Shown one piece after another: positions 42,590 to 54,168 of a DNA stretch of 64,000 nt. The stretch's first letter is position 1; each line of letters starts with the position of its first letter. Below the pieces are notes generated by a model. The model was not told the DNA's origin and ran no database searches. It was given only the letters and a program-made list of their open reading frames with translations. This DNA comes from an uncultured Spirochaetota bacterium (GTDB taxonomy: Bacteria > Spirochaetota > Spirochaetia > SZUA-6 > Fen-1364): positions 256,001 through 320,000 of the forward strand of contig CAWGAA010000003.1 of NCBI GenBank assembly GCA_963820525.1, read 5' to 3'. The position numbers and the translations under genes were made by a program.

Positions 42590-43981
42590 TCAGGGGCTCT
42601 GCGATTGTGTGAAGAAGATTATCACGGGAGAGAAGCTCGGCCGCAAGACCATGATGTCGCGGAAGCTGTCGGGAGACAGCGACGTCAGACGCACGCCGCC
42701 GCTCACGGTCTTGTAGAGAAAGCTCACGCCCTGGATGACGGCGGAGGTGCCCGTGATCGATTGCGGCCCCTGACGAGCTTGAGGCTGGTTCGGAGCCCCG
42801 AACGCGCCGCCGGCATCGTCGAAGAGAAACGTGATGACCCCCTCGTAAGAGTCTTGGAGGTCCTTGGACAGGCGGTAGGAGAAATCGATCCTTCCCGTTC
42901 CCTGAGCCCCCGGGCCGATCACGATGGGAACCAGCCTGTCGAAGCCCTCCCACATGAAGCGCATCCCATCCTCCAGCCGTATCGTCCCGTACGCGCTGGA
43001 AGCCAGGGCGCCGCCCCTGGCCTTCAGCGCGTCGAAGATGTCCTGCCTTCTTTTCTGCTCGGCCGCGATGAGAGCGGCCACATCGTCCTTCACGATCACG
43101 AAGGTTCCGTCGACGGCCTGGTTCTTGTAGCGGTAGCGGATCGTGATCCTCTCGTCGTCCAGCATGGCGATCCGGAGGTCGGTTCCGTCCGCCATGTAGT
43201 TGCCCGCCGCGACGCGCTCTAATTGCGAGTAGTGGAAATCCAGCGAATAGAGGGGAAGAACGAGACGGAAGATGTTATCGGAAGGGTTGGGGAAGAACCC
43301 GATGTCCTCGCGGAAGCGGGCAAGGTCTATCGTCGCGGAGGAGATCTCGTCAAGGAAGTACCCCGGCCGCCAGGTGCTTCCGAGGATCTTGTCGAGAGTC
43401 TCGTCCTGGCTCATGAGCTTCTTGGCCTCCTCCGTCGGGTCTCCTGTGGCGGTGAAGACCTTCAGGTAATGGCCGAAGCACCAGCCTGAAAACCCGTCTT
43501 CCGTTGCCACCTCGTACCAGAAATCCTCGAAGGGTTTCACGGCCGCCTTCTGCTCGGAGCGCCCGATGATCTTCACCATCTGTCCCGGTTTCAGCCTGTA
43601 GACTGTCTTCGCCTCCGGCTTTGCTTCTTCGCGGATCGGCAGGGGGGGCGAATCCTCCTTCTGGGAGAACGCCCAGGCGCCGAGGTAGGGGGAAAGAGAC
43701 TGGGCGAACGCGTTTGCGTCCGCCCGCCGGGGGAACAGGCGGATTTTACCGGTGGCGACCTCCCGGGGCTTGGGCTCACCGGGGACCGAAATGAAGTATG
43801 TGTCGTCTATCTGGGAGTGCTTGAGAATGCCGACGACCGTGCCCGTCACGGCGGGACCGGCTGCGTCCCCCCACAGGATCACCCCCCAGCCGGTCGGGCG
43901 GGCACCGCAGGAAAAGAGGAGCACCGAGAAGGGGACGATGGATGCAAGGAAAAGAGAGACTTTTCGGCGACGCGTGCTCAT
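42590..43981 (-). CDS. SH3-domain lipoprotein
   Basis: Lipobox LLFSC; VYRLK.G..VKI...WY.V.TEDG..GWCFG SH3b-like segment. Confidence 0.75.
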   Translation of the reverse strand: MSTRRRKVSLFLASIVPFSVLLFSCGARPTGWGVILWGDAAGPAVTGTVVGILKHSQIDDTYFISVPGEPKPREVATGKIRLFPRRADANAFAQSLSPYLGAWAFSQKEDSPPLPIREEAKPEAKTVYRLKPGQMVKIIGRSEQKAAVKPFEDFWYEVATEDGFSGWCFGHYLKVFTATGDPTEEAKKLMSQDETLDKILGSTWRPGYFLDEISSATIDLARFREDIGFFPNPSDNIFRLVLPLYSLDFHYSQLERVAAGNYMADGTDLRIAMLDDERITIRYRYKNQAVDGTFVIVKDDVAALIAAEQKRRQDIFDALKARGGALASSAYGTIRLEDGMRFMWEGFDRLVPIVIGPGAQGTGRIDFSYRLSKDLQDSYEGVITFLFDDAGGAFGAPNQPQARQGPQSITGTSAVIQGVSFLYKTVSGGVRLTSLSPDSFRDIMVLRPSFSPVIIFFTQSQSP

Positions 43982-44139
43982 GGTGAGCTATACTTGCGTG
44001 AGCCCGGGTTTTTTTCAAGCCTCGAGATCGACCAGGCAGGCCGGCGGCGGGGCCGGCCCCTTGCTTTCTTGAGCAGGATCGGGCGGCCCCCTTGCCTGGC
44101 GGGGACAAAATCCGTATACATCGAATGAGGAGGCGCATT

Positions 44140-45369
44140 GTGGACGATCTCGGAGGCCTTCAGGCGAAAGCGGCCGAGAAGCGGGACGCGATGATCGGAC
44201 TGCAAAAGCTCCTCACCTCGGTGCCCGCCATCGGCCCGCAGAGCGGCGGCACGGGAGAATGGGACAAGGCCCAGGCGCTCATCTCGCGGCTTTCGGACCT
44301 CGGATTCCCCAGCCACGAGATGTTCGCTTCGCCGGACCCGCGGGTCCCCAGCGGCAAGAGGCCGAACATCGTCGTGACGCTTCCCGGGCGGTCGGCGGAC
44401 CGCGCGTTCTGGATCATGACCCACCTCGATATCGTCCCCCCTGGGGAGCAGAGTCTCTGGCGGTCGGACCCGTACGCGCTGGTTGTGGAAGGCGACAAGC
44501 TCATTGGACGGGGCGTGGAGGACAACCAGCAGAGCCTCGTGGCGTCCCTCTACGCCACGGTGATTCTCCGGGAGCTGGGCCTCACCCCGCGGCGGACCGT
44601 GAAGCTCCTCTTCGTGGCCGACGAGGAGACCGGCTCCGAGCACGGAATCCAGTACATCCTGGGAAACACGGACCTGTTCAGAACGACGGACTACGCCCTG
44701 GTGCCCGACAGCGGCTCCATGGACGGATCAGAGATCGAGATCGCGGAGAAAAGCATCCTCTGGCTCAAGGTGAGGACGCGCGGCAGGCAGTGCCATGCCT
44801 CGGTTCCCGGCAAGGGGATCAATGCGTTTCTGGCGGCTTCCCATCTCGTGGTGAGGCTCGGCGGGCTGGCCGCGGCCTTCGGCGAGCGCGACGCGCTGTT
44901 CGATCCGCCCGTCTCCACCTTCACGCCAACGCGCAAGGAGGCGAACGTTCCGAACATCAACACCATGCCGGGAGACGACGTATTCTACCTCGACTGCCGG
45001 ATCCTTCCTTCCGTGAACCTCGAGGGGGTCCTTTCCAAAATCCGTGAAATATCCCGGACCGTGGAGAAGGACTTCGGCGTCACCGTGGAGATCGAGACCG
45101 TGCAGAGAGCCTCTTCCCCCCCCACGCCCGCCGATGCCCCCCTGGTGGCGGCGCTCAAACGGGCGCTTCGCGCCGTGTATTCAGTGGAAGGGAAGATCGT
45201 GGGGATCGGGGGCGGAACGGTGGGAGCGTTTCTCCGCAAGAAGGGCATCCAGACCGTTGTCTGGTCCCGGCTGGAAGAAACGGCCCACATGCCCAACGAG
45301 TACTGCCGGATTCCGAACATGATCGGGGATTGCGCCGTGATGGCCGCCCTGATGTTGGAGGCTGACTAA
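44140..45369 (+). CDS. M20 family metallopeptidase (DapE/ArgE-like)
   Basis: HLDIVP, GRGVEDN, DEE, AEK, GGGT, AH.PNE; GAGGAGG ahead of GTG 44140. Confidence 0.9.
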   Translation: MDDLGGLQAKAAEKRDAMIGLQKLLTSVPAIGPQSGGTGEWDKAQALISRLSDLGFPSHEMFASPDPRVPSGKRPNIVVTLPGRSADRAFWIMTHLDIVPPGEQSLWRSDPYALVVEGDKLIGRGVEDNQQSLVASLYATVILRELGLTPRRTVKLLFVADEETGSEHGIQYILGNTDLFRTTDYALVPDSGSMDGSEIEIAEKSILWLKVRTRGRQCHASVPGKGINAFLAASHLVVRLGGLAAAFGERDALFDPPVSTFTPTRKEANVPNINTMPGDDVFYLDCRILPSVNLEGVLSKIREISRTVEKDFGVTVEIETVQRASSPPTPADAPLVAALKRALRAVYSVEGKIVGIGGGTVGAFLRKKGIQTVVWSRLEETAHMPNEYCRIPNMIGDCAVMAALMLEAD

Positions 45370-45371
45370 CC

Positions 45372-46226
45372 CTACTTCAAGCTCTGATAGATGACGATGA
45401 TCTTCCCCTCCTTGAGGAGCTCTATGTTGTCGGGGAGGGAGAGAATCTGCCGGGCAGCATCCGTCGAAATGACGATGTCGGTGGGGTGAGCGCCGAACAC
45501 GCCGCGCGCGGCGATGCGAAGCGGATGCTGGCCGATCCTCGCGAGGTATTCGTTTTCGTCGAGGCTGTCCGCGTACCCCACCATTCCCCATTTGGAAAGC
45601 GCTGCGGGCCTGCACATGCTCCTGTCGAGGACGAGGTTCATCTCCTCGTCGAAGATGCGCGGAAAAAGGGCGGGCGCCAGGTACTGCTCCTGGTTGAGTC
45701 CCACGGCGGGGAGCTTGTCCATCGCGTAGATGACGATGCCGGAGAACGCGCGCGTGGAAACGTAGCCCAGCCGGCGGCGGATGGGCATGTCCTGTCGTGG
45801 ATAGAGGAAGGTGGCGATGCCATGATCCGAGAAGAGCGGAAAAGCGTATGTTGCCACCACCCGGGTGAAGTCCGGGGAAAGAGAGAGCCCGTTCTTCATC
45901 GTCCTCCGCCCCAGCTCTTCGATCCATGAAAAATAGAGGGGATCCGAGCCGAGGAGATTGCCCACGGTATGGGAAGATTCGACGACGATCGGAAAAACCG
46001 CGTCGAGGAACAGGCCGATGAAAGCGGTGTCGATGGACGCCTCGGCGTCGGCCTCTGCGCGCGGGAGGGCGGGGATTGTCGGGTCCAGGGCGCGCGATAC
46101 CGAAACGCCCTCGGTTCCCCCCTTCCAATCCACAACTGCCTGCACGGAGAACGGGCCCTGCTGGGAGAGGGCGGGAAGCGCGGCCATCATGGCGCACAGC
46201 AGGGCGAGGAGAGCACGTTTTGTCAT
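45372..46226 (-). CDS. Exported hypothetical protein
   Basis: Signal peptide; ATGA overlap with upstream transglycosylase gene. Confidence 0.7.
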   Translation of the reverse strand: MTKRALLALLCAMMAALPALSQQGPFSVQAVVDWKGGTEGVSVSRALDPTIPALPRAEADAEASIDTAFIGLFLDAVFPIVVESSHTVGNLLGSDPLYFSWIEELGRRTMKNGLSLSPDFTRVVATYAFPLFSDHGIATFLYPRQDMPIRRRLGYVSTRAFSGIVIYAMDKLPAVGLNQEQYLAPALFPRIFDEEMNLVLDRSMCRPAALSKWGMVGYADSLDENEYLARIGQHPLRIAARGVFGAHPTDIVISTDAARQILSLPDNIELLKEGKIIVIYQSLK

Positions 46227-47416
46227 CCGCTTCGTCCTTTCAGAGGCACAAGGATCCTCGCCCCGATCTGGAGCGTCAGGGGCCGAACGGCGGGATTGAA
46301 CTCCTTGAGGAGATCCACCGTGACCCCGCATGCTTGCGCAATGCCGCTGAGCGTATCCCCGGCCTTGACAACGTAGATGCTGAAGTCCAGCAGGGGCATC
46401 GTGCTTCCGCCCAGCGTCGCCTCAACTGCCTGGCGGTACTCGACGGGCACCTTGAGAGAATAGCGGTACGACGGTGGGGGCGTCAGTGCGGTTGCCAGCT
46501 CGGCGTTGGCCCTTGTGAGGGTATCGAAGGGCACGCCCGCTTCGCGGGAGAGGATGCGCAGGTCCACGCAACGCGCCACGGGAACGCGCGTCCAGGAGAC
46601 GGTGCCTTTCCATGAAGGGGCCAGGTCGTAGCGGCCGGGGTAACTGAGGATCTTCGCGATCGCGAGGAACTGGGGAACGAAAGAGGCCGTCTCGGCGGGC
46701 AGGAGCCCCCGCCTGCGCAGGGTCCAATAGTCGGTGACGCCGCTTTGCCTGACGATCCGAGAGAGGCGCGAGGCTCCGCAGTTGTAGGCCGCCAGGGCGA
46801 GGTACCAGTCCCCGAAAGAGCTGAAATCCTGCCGGAGCTTTCGAAGGGATGCGTCGGTGGCCTTGAAGAAGTCGCGCCGCTCGTCCACCCACTGGTCCAT
46901 GGCGAGGCCGAAGGGGGAAGCGGTGTTCGCCATGAGCTGCCAGAGCCCGGCGGCCCCGCGGGGCGACGTCGCCGTGATCTGGAAGCCCGACTCGACCGCG
47001 GGCAGGAAGAGCAGCTCCCGCGGCAGGTCGAGCTCCTCGATGCGGGCCGTGATCACGCCGCGATAGATCGGGATCCTGTCGAGAACCGCCTGCAGCCAGT
47101 CCTTCTTCCGCGCCAGGTAGGTGTCGAGAAACCGATCGATCACGGCCTGATCCGGCATCGCGATGGAATACAGCTCCTCGCCCCGATGACCCTGGACCGG
47201 CCTCAAGGCCGTGACGTCCGGCTCCGCGTCATCTCCCGCGGGTGGGACCGCGGGCAACCGGGCGCCGACCGGAAGCGTGGAGGTGACGGAGGCAAGGCGC
47301 GGGTCCTCCGGCGTCCCTCCCGTCGCGCTCTGGGCGTGCGAGGACCAGCCCACCGCGAGGGCGAAGGCGGCGAGGGTTACAGCTTTTCGCCGAAGTAGAT
47401 TCCAGCCCATTCCCAT
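46223..47416 (-). CDS. MltD-like lytic transglycosylase with LysM domain
   Basis: LPAVES, AAGLWQLM, DERRD, LAAYNCG, ET..FVP; LysM YVVKAGDTLSGIA. Confidence 0.92.
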   Translation of the reverse strand: MGMGWNLLRRKAVTLAAFALAVGWSSHAQSATGGTPEDPRLASVTSTLPVGARLPAVPPAGDDAEPDVTALRPVQGHRGEELYSIAMPDQAVIDRFLDTYLARKKDWLQAVLDRIPIYRGVITARIEELDLPRELLFLPAVESGFQITATSPRGAAGLWQLMANTASPFGLAMDQWVDERRDFFKATDASLRKLRQDFSSFGDWYLALAAYNCGASRLSRIVRQSGVTDYWTLRRRGLLPAETASFVPQFLAIAKILSYPGRYDLAPSWKGTVSWTRVPVARCVDLRILSREAGVPFDTLTRANAELATALTPPPSYRYSLKVPVEYRQAVEATLGGSTMPLLDFSIYVVKAGDTLSGIAQACGVTVDLLKEFNPAVRPLTLQIGARILVPLKGRSG

Positions 47417-48456
47417 TGGCCGTTGGCTTCGGGATCCGCGGGGAAATCGACCTTGCGGAAGTAGAGGTACCAGGTCGGGGGCCTGAAATTCCAGCCCGTC
47501 GTCCTGAGGTACGCCTCCTTGTCGTTGGATGTTATATCGAGCTGCCCTTCTATCTTTGGATTGGAGCTCATGAGGTAGACGCCGATATTGGAATCCGCGG
47601 ACCCGTCGGCCGGCGAGTCGTCCGTCGGGTCACCCGTCGGCGCCTGCTGGTCCCAGCCCTTGACGAAGAAGTTCACCTTGGCCTGGTATTTTCGAAGCTT
47701 TGCGATGTTCTTCGTGAAGATGGCGTCCTTCACGGCATCCACCAGCGTGTTGAGGTCGGGAACCGTCCAGCTCTTGTCCGAGAAATAGAACAGGACCTTT
47801 TCCTGAGCCTTGAGATAGGCGTCGGGCACCCCGGGGACATCGGTATCGGGGGAGTCGAGGTACTTCTGGTAGGCCTGGAGGGCCTGGTCCCACTCTCCCA
47901 CCTCCTCCTCGGCGCGGGCGAGGAAGAAATATGCGGAACCGAGGTGCACGCTCTCCTGGCCTCCGAAGCGCGAGATGAGCTCCTTGTAATACTCGATCTT
48001 GTATTCGGGCCTCGTTTCCAGGTCTATCAGCTCCTGCAGCACGTGCAGGTGGATGGATTGGCCGCCGACGAGCAGGTCCGTGTGGTTCTTGAGAATGCGA
48101 AGGTAATAGTGGATGGCAAGCGGGATCGCCTTCATCTCCTGGTACGCCTCTGCCACCATGAGGAGGTAGTAGGCGTCGAACAGGTCCGTCGGGTCCTTTT
48201 CCACGAAGGAGGTGAGGAAGATGATCTCCTTCTCCGGCTTGCCCGCGTTCGCCAGATCCTGCCCGATCTGCTGGATCAGAACGAAGCGGTTTTTCGGGTC
48301 GGTTTCCCTGTCGAGGAGACTGAAGAGCTGCCGGAGCTCCTGGTTCTGCTCGAAGGCTCCGATATAGTATCGCGTGCCGGACGCGCCGCAGCCTGTGAAC
48401 GTGAGGGCAAGCACCGCGGCGACGGCCGCGCATGAGCGGCTTGTGACAATGTTCAT
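47377..48456 (-). CDS. TPR-containing lipoprotein
   Basis: Lipobox FTGC; helical TPR-like repeats. Confidence 0.7.
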   Translation of the reverse strand: MNIVTSRSCAAVAAVLALTFTGCGASGTRYYIGAFEQNQELRQLFSLLDRETDPKNRFVLIQQIGQDLANAGKPEKEIIFLTSFVEKDPTDLFDAYYLLMVAEAYQEMKAIPLAIHYYLRILKNHTDLLVGGQSIHLHVLQELIDLETRPEYKIEYYKELISRFGGQESVHLGSAYFFLARAEEEVGEWDQALQAYQKYLDSPDTDVPGVPDAYLKAQEKVLFYFSDKSWTVPDLNTLVDAVKDAIFTKNIAKLRKYQAKVNFFVKGWDQQAPTGDPTDDSPADGSADSNIGVYLMSSNPKIEGQLDITSNDKEAYLRTTGWNFRPPTWYLYFRKVDFPADPEANGQWEWAGIYFGEKL

Positions 48457-48540
48457 CTTCTCCGTACGATAATAGCAGGAAGCTCCGCAGTTGGCAAGGG
48501 CGACGGGTTTCTGGTACTATTTTCATTGAGGAGAATGTCA

Positions 48541-49767
48541 ATGTCTCAAAATATAACCAAGACCCCCACCGGGCTTTCCGTGCCCGATACTCCTCTGATT
48601 CCTTTCATCGAAGGCGACGGCACCGGCCCCGACATCTGGCGGGCAGCGCGGCGGGTGTTCGACGCCGCGGTGCAGAATGCATACGGAGGAAAGCGGAAAA
48701 TAGAATGGATTCAGCTCTTCGCGGGGGAACGGGCGTTCAAGGAGACGGGGGACTGGCTTCCCAAGGAGACCGAGGAAGCCTTCCGCTCGCACCTGGTCGG
48801 CATCAAGGGCCCGCTCACCACACCGGTGGGAGGCGGCATCAGGAGCCTCAACGTCGCCCTCCGCCAGAGGCTGGACCTGTACGTGTGCCTGCGGCCCGTG
48901 CGCTACTTCCCCGGGGTCCCCTCGCCGCTCAAGCATCCCGAAGCGGTGGACATGGTGGTGTTCCGCGAAAACACGGAGGACGTGTACGCGGGCTACGAGG
49001 TGAAGGAAGGATCCCAGGAGGCCCGGACCCTCGCCGCGTTCCTCTCCAAGACCTACGGCTGGCCCATCCGGGAGGATTCCGGAATTGGGATCAAGCCGGT
49101 GAGCAGGTTCGGGTCGGAGAGGCTCGTTCGCGCCGCCCTCCACTACGCCATCTCCCACGGCCGGAAGAGCGTCACCCTGGTGCACAAGGGCAACATCCAG
49201 AAGTTCACCGAGGGGGCGTTCCGCGAATGGGGGTACGAGCTTGCAAAGCGCGAGTTCCCCGACGCGGTTTTTTTCCAGAGCGAGCCTCTCGGAGCGGGAG
49301 CCGCCGCCGAGCTTCCCAAGGGCAAGATCCTCATCAAGGACGCCATCGCGGACAACTTCCTCCAGCAGATCCTCCTTCGCCCGGCGGAATACGACGTGAT
49401 CGCCACCACCAACCTCAACGGGGACTACATCTCCGACGCCCTCGCCGCCCAAGTCGGCGGCATCGGGATCGCCCCCGGGGCGAACATCAACTACGTTTCG
49501 GGACACGCCATCTTCGAAGCCACGCACGGCACGGCGCCGAAGTACGCGGGAAAGGACGTGGCCAACCCCTGCTCCGTCATCTTCTCCGGCCAGATGATGC
49601 TGGACTATATCGGCTGGAGCGAAGCGGCCAAGCTCATCGAGAAGGCCGCCATCCAGACGATCTCCGGCGGGTTCGTGACGTACGACTTCGCGCGGCAGAT
49701 GGAGACGGCCACCCAGCTCTCCACCTCCCAGTTCGCGGAGAAGATCGTGGAGAACATGCCGGCATGA
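48541..49767 (+). CDS. icd: NADP-dependent isocitrate dehydrogenase
   Basis: [49 protein letters not shown]. Confidence 0.96.
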   Translation: MSQNITKTPTGLSVPDTPLIPFIEGDGTGPDIWRAARRVFDAAVQNAYGGKRKIEWIQLFAGERAFKETGDWLPKETEEAFRSHLVGIKGPLTTPVGGGIRSLNVALRQRLDLYVCLRPVRYFPGVPSPLKHPEAVDMVVFRENTEDVYAGYEVKEGSQEARTLAAFLSKTYGWPIREDSGIGIKPVSRFGSERLVRAALHYAISHGRKSVTLVHKGNIQKFTEGAFREWGYELAKREFPDAVFFQSEPLGAGAAAELPKGKILIKDAIADNFLQQILLRPAEYDVIATTNLNGDYISDALAAQVGGIGIAPGANINYVSGHAIFEATHGTAPKYAGKDVANPCSVIFSGQMMLDYIGWSEAAKLIEKAAIQTISGGFVTYDFARQMETATQLSTSQFAEKIVENMPA

Positions 49768-50306
49768 AACACGACCGGCCGCTGTATCCGAACAAGCTTC
49801 TCGTGCTCGGAGCGATAGGCATGGTTGCGGGGGGAGTCCTCCTTCTCTGGAACCTCGGCTACCTGCCCCAGCTGGGCAACCTCTGGCCCCTGGTTCTCAT
49901 GCTGGGCGGCATGTTCCTGCTGTACATGGCGTACCTGCGAAGCAGGTCCGCCCGCTACATCATTCCCGGCATGATTCTCTCCTTAGGCGGGCTTTTTTTC
50001 CTCCTCTTCAACACCGTGTTCCAGGGCAAGAGCATGGAGAAAATCTGGCCCGCGTTCATGCTCATCACCGGCTTGTCCCTGATCCCCTACGGATACCGCA
50101 AGAAAGGGGCGGCGCGGACGGCAATCATCGTCCCCGCCATCTTCATTGCCGCCCTGAGCCTCATGTTCTTCCCCTTCAGCTTCGGCACGACGGGGATCAG
50201 CTTTCTCGCCTTCGTCCGGCATTGGTGGCCCCTCATCCTCATCGTCCTGGGAATTGCGCTTGTCATTTCATTTTTCAGCACCCACAAACCGAGTAGTAAG
50301 GTATGA
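49764..50306 (+). CDS. Membrane protein (LiaF/DUF5668-like WP-motif repeats)
   Basis: ATGA overlap with icd; repeated LWPL/IWPA/WWPL helices. Confidence 0.7.
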   Translation: MKHDRPLYPNKLLVLGAIGMVAGGVLLLWNLGYLPQLGNLWPLVLMLGGMFLLYMAYLRSRSARYIIPGMILSLGGLFFLLFNTVFQGKSMEKIWPAFMLITGLSLIPYGYRKKGAARTAIIVPAIFIAALSLMFFPFSFGTTGISFLAFVRHWWPLILIVLGIALVISFFSTHKPSSKV

Positions 50307-52456
50307 GAAAGAGGATAGCCTTCCTCGTCGGACTGCCCCTCATCATCCTGTCTTCGGCGGGGATCGTGACCATTATCGGAGCCCAGGAGAGTCCCAGAGC
50401 AGGTGCGGCAACCGGCGCGTTCACCCCCGGCTACCCGCCCGCGGCGGCCGCCGAATCTGCTTTTCGGGTCCGCCTGGCGAAAGACGGCGAGCGAACGGCC
50501 GAGGCCCAGCTCAACGCCGCCGGAGAGGGACAGGCGGGTCGCTCCGTCCCGGCTTCCGCCGGCGGCACGGGTGCGGCTCCCGAAGTGGCGTACTACCCCG
50601 ATCGCGTCTACCGTGGAGCGGGTACCCTCTACCGGGTATCCGATAGCGAGGGTGTCCTGGCCTCTTCCGACGGCGGCGTCACCTGGGCCGTCAGGATCTC
50701 GGGACTGCCGCTCAGGTCCGTCTACCCGTTCGACCGGCAGTTGCCCCCCCTGATAACCTCCTTCGCCGTCGATCCCATAAACGATCAGCGCGTCGTCCTG
50801 ACCCTGCCGGATTCGGTCTTCCTCTCCGAGAACGGAGGCGAATCCTGGGATAAAATCGGCGTGAAGGAGCCGCTGAAGCCCAACGACCAGCTCACGGCCG
50901 TCGCCCTCAATCCGGCCAATCCCGCGGCACTCATGGTGGGAACTTCCTTCGACGGCATGTTCGAGACCCTGGACAGGGGCAAAACCTGGACCGACCTGTC
51001 CAAGAAGATCGGGTTCATGTACCTGGGCGGAGGCTCCTACGAAGAGATCGATTCCATAGCCTACGATCCGTCCGATCCATCGCTTGCTTATTTCAACCTC
51101 GGGTTCGGCAAGGGGCTGTACTCCCTGAAGAAGGGCGACAAGAGCGCCACGCAGGTGGATTTTCCCGGAGACCAGTCGCATGCCCCCATCGTCGACATCT
51201 CCTTTCACAGGACCGCCGATGCCGCCAGTCCGGCCTGGATCATGGAGGTCCGCACCGACGATGCCCGGTGGGTTTTCGATCCCGGCGCCTCCTCCCCTTC
51301 CGGGACGGGCACCGGCGCGTGGAGGATCGCGGATATCATCCATGCAAGCACGGCGCCGGATCCCGCCAAGGCGGAAAGAGCGGCAAAAGCATCGGGCAAA
51401 TACGGTCTCTACATCTCCTCGATCCACGCCGGCGGCAAGCTTCTCGACGGCCACATCGCGTTCTGCAAGGCCAACGGGCTGAACAGCATGGTGGTGGATT
51501 TCAAGGACGATTTCGGCTTCGTGACCTATGACACCGACCTCGAGACCCCGAAACGGATCGGCGCCGTGAAGAAACGCTTCACCACCGAGGAGGTGGTGGG
51601 CAAGGCGCACGCCAACGGGCTGTACCTGATCGCCCGGATCGTCGTCTTCCGCGACAGGCAGCTGTACAATGCCGACGATTTCGCATACGCGGTCTGGGAC
51701 CGTGCGGCCGGCAAGCCGTGGCGATACTTCAAGACGACCGTGGATTCCCAGACGGGGGAGGAAACCAGCTTCCAGGGCGAGTATTGGGTAGATCCCTATT
51801 CGGAGAAGGTATGGAAGTACAACGTGGACATCGCCCTGGAGTTGGAGGCGCGCGGGGTTGACGAAATCCAGTTCGACTACATCAGGTTCCCCTCGGACGG
51901 CGACCTCTCGCGGATCTCCTACCGCAGCCGCAGGCAGGGCATGGGCAAGATCGAGGCCCTCGAGTCTTTCCTGGCCATGGCGCGGGAAAGCCTCCGGATC
52001 CCCATCTCCACGGACGTCTACGGCTACTGCGGCTGGGCCAGGGTCTCCAACTGGGTCGCCCAGAACATCGAGGTCTTCTCCCGCTACGTGGATGTGATCT
52101 CGCCGATGTACTACCCCTCCCACTTCCCCCGCGACTTCCTCGGCTCCATGCAGTACATCCCCAGGGCCGGCTATATCTATCGTGAGGGCCCCCAGCGGGC
52201 CTCCCGCATCGTCGCCGGCAGGAGCGTCATCCGCCCGTACGTGCAGGCGTTCAGAATCGGAGGAGAGCTGAAGTTCGGCCCTCCGGTCTACACCAGTTAC
52301 CTGATGAGCCAGGTGCAGGGGGTGCTCGCGAGCGCCGCATCCGGGTTCACGCTCTGGAACGCCTCCAATGACTACTACATGGTCACGGCATCCCTCGCCC
52401 CGTACACTGTCAGCTCTGTGGGCTCCGCGGCCGCCCCGGCGGTGGGGGTTCAGTGA
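50303..52456 (+). CDS. Putative glycoside hydrolase (DUF4015-like) with N-terminal BNR beta-propeller
   Basis: SSDGGVTW/SENGGESW/TLDRGKTW Asp-boxes; VVDFKDD.G, ARIVVFRD, DEIQFDYIRFPSDG, SPMYYPSHF. Confidence 0.8.
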   Translation: MRKRIAFLVGLPLIILSSAGIVTIIGAQESPRAGAATGAFTPGYPPAAAAESAFRVRLAKDGERTAEAQLNAAGEGQAGRSVPASAGGTGAAPEVAYYPDRVYRGAGTLYRVSDSEGVLASSDGGVTWAVRISGLPLRSVYPFDRQLPPLITSFAVDPINDQRVVLTLPDSVFLSENGGESWDKIGVKEPLKPNDQLTAVALNPANPAALMVGTSFDGMFETLDRGKTWTDLSKKIGFMYLGGGSYEEIDSIAYDPSDPSLAYFNLGFGKGLYSLKKGDKSATQVDFPGDQSHAPIVDISFHRTADAASPAWIMEVRTDDARWVFDPGASSPSGTGTGAWRIADIIHASTAPDPAKAERAAKASGKYGLYISSIHAGGKLLDGHIAFCKANGLNSMVVDFKDDFGFVTYDTDLETPKRIGAVKKRFTTEEVVGKAHANGLYLIARIVVFRDRQLYNADDFAYAVWDRAAGKPWRYFKTTVDSQTGEETSFQGEYWVDPYSEKVWKYNVDIALELEARGVDEIQFDYIRFPSDGDLSRISYRSRRQGMGKIEALESFLAMARESLRIPISTDVYGYCGWARVSNWVAQNIEVFSRYVDVISPMYYPSHFPRDFLGSMQYIPRAGYIYREGPQRASRIVAGRSVIRPYVQAFRIGGELKFGPPVYTSYLMSQVQGVLASAASGFTLWNASNDYYMVTASLAPYTVSSVGSAAAPAVGVQ

Positions 52457-54150
52457 TGAGAAGGGCCGGGGCTCTGGCGTGTCTGACAGTCCTCGCGCTC
52501 GCCGGCTGCGCATCCATCGGCAGGGGAGCGATTCCGGGAGCCGAAGCCCCGGCGCTCGCGCCGGCCCTCGCCTCTCTTCGCCAGGCCTCTCCCGCTTCGC
52601 TGCGGGAAGCGGCCCGTGTACTCGCATCCGTCCAGCCGGCGCAAGCCAAGGCGGCGCGGGAGATGGCGGGCCTGGGACGGGAGCTTTATTCCTCCCTCTA
52701 TCCCGAGCTGACCGAAAACCCCTTCCCCGCTGAAGCCAGGACAACCGTTTATGGGTCCCTGTTCTCGGCTCTCCGGGCCAGGTCGGTCCAGATCCCCTCG
52801 GGCTCCGAGACCGATTTCTTCCGGCTGACCATCCCGGCGCTGATCCTTAGCGATCAGCGCGTCAGCGTCACCGCCGCCGCTCTCGGCTCCCTGGAGGCCG
52901 GCCTGAAACGCGCCGACACGCAGAGCCATGAAGCATCCGTCCTCCCCCCCTACCTTCTGGGGCTTGCAGGCGAGAGGCGCGCGGCATCGGGCGGGACGGC
53001 GGGAAGCTCCGGCTCGACGGAGGGGACCGTCCTGCTCTTCCAGGAAAGCGTAAAGAGGGACTCATCGTTCTATCCCGGCCAGAGGAAAGCGGCGGAAATA
53101 CTTCTCGCCCAGAAGAAGACCTCAGATGCGATTCCCCTTCTGGAGGGCCTGAGCGCCGCGCTTCCCCAGGACGTCTCCGTGGCCAAGCAGCTGGCCCGCG
53201 CCGCGCTCGACGGCGGAAAGCCGGAGGATGCCCTCGATGCCACGGGCCGCGGGATGCTTGCGGCACCGGACGACACCGACATGCTCATCCTCCGCGCCCA
53301 GGCCTTCGACGCAACCGGGGACTGGTACCAGGCCCTGCGGGTCCTGGAGGCGGGTCTCAAGAGGACTCCCGACGCCAAGGAGGCGATCCTCCTTCGGGCG
53401 CGGATCATGGCGGAAGAGGCGGGGAACGTGGAGGAGGCGATCCATGCGCTGGACTCCGCCGTGGCGCGATTCCCCAAGGACGCGAGCTTTCTCGAGCTGA
53501 AGGGGAGCATCCTCCTGGATACGGGCCGGGGAGACGAGGGGGTGAACGCCCTGAAGCAGGCGCTGGAGCTCCAGCCGGACAGGGTCAGCACCCTTCGCAT
53601 CCTTCTCCAAGACGCGATGAACACGAAGCGGCTCTTGCAGGCAAATGAGTACCTGGCCAAGATCCTGGCCGTCTCGGAAACGGGAGAGGACATCACCCTT
53701 GCCTATCGCGTGGCGTCGAGCCTCGGAGACCACGCCCAGGCGGCCGCGTACGCCCGAAAGCTGGTCGAGAAGGGGTACGGGAGCGCCCCCCGCCTGCTCC
53801 TCGCCCGCGCCCTCCATGCCGAGGGCAACGACGCGGAAGCCCGCACGCAGATAGAGGCGGGGCTCATGGAAACCCAGAGCGCGAGCGAGCGCAGCATGTA
53901 CCGGACCCTGCTCGCCGCCATGGAGCGCGCGTCGAATGCCGATGCCGCCATGAAAGATCTCCGTTCGGCTCTCCTTGACGACCCGAACAATATCGAGGCG
54001 CTGATCGCCATCGCGGACCTCCTGGCCTCCCTGGGGCAGTACCACGGCGCCGTCGGATACCTGAAGCACGCCGCGGAGCTCTCCCCCGAGGACGCGGGGC
54101 TCATGGTCAAGATCGCCGATTACGAAAAGCTGGCGGAGAACGAAAAATAG
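52453..54150 (+). CDS. TPR repeat lipoprotein
   Basis: Lipobox LAGC; multiple TPR-like repeats. Confidence 0.8.
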   Translation: MMRRAGALACLTVLALAGCASIGRGAIPGAEAPALAPALASLRQASPASLREAARVLASVQPAQAKAAREMAGLGRELYSSLYPELTENPFPAEARTTVYGSLFSALRARSVQIPSGSETDFFRLTIPALILSDQRVSVTAAALGSLEAGLKRADTQSHEASVLPPYLLGLAGERRAASGGTAGSSGSTEGTVLLFQESVKRDSSFYPGQRKAAEILLAQKKTSDAIPLLEGLSAALPQDVSVAKQLARAALDGGKPEDALDATGRGMLAAPDDTDMLILRAQAFDATGDWYQALRVLEAGLKRTPDAKEAILLRARIMAEEAGNVEEAIHALDSAVARFPKDASFLELKGSILLDTGRGDEGVNALKQALELQPDRVSTLRILLQDAMNTKRLLQANEYLAKILAVSETGEDITLAYRVASSLGDHAQAAAYARKLVEKGYGSAPRLLLARALHAEGNDAEARTQIEAGLMETQSASERSMYRTLLAAMERASNADAAMKDLRSALLDDPNNIEALIAIADLLASLGQYHGAVGYLKHAAELSPEDAGLMVKIADYEKLAENEK

Positions 54151-54168
54151 GAGCGCCCCGCTCCCGTC

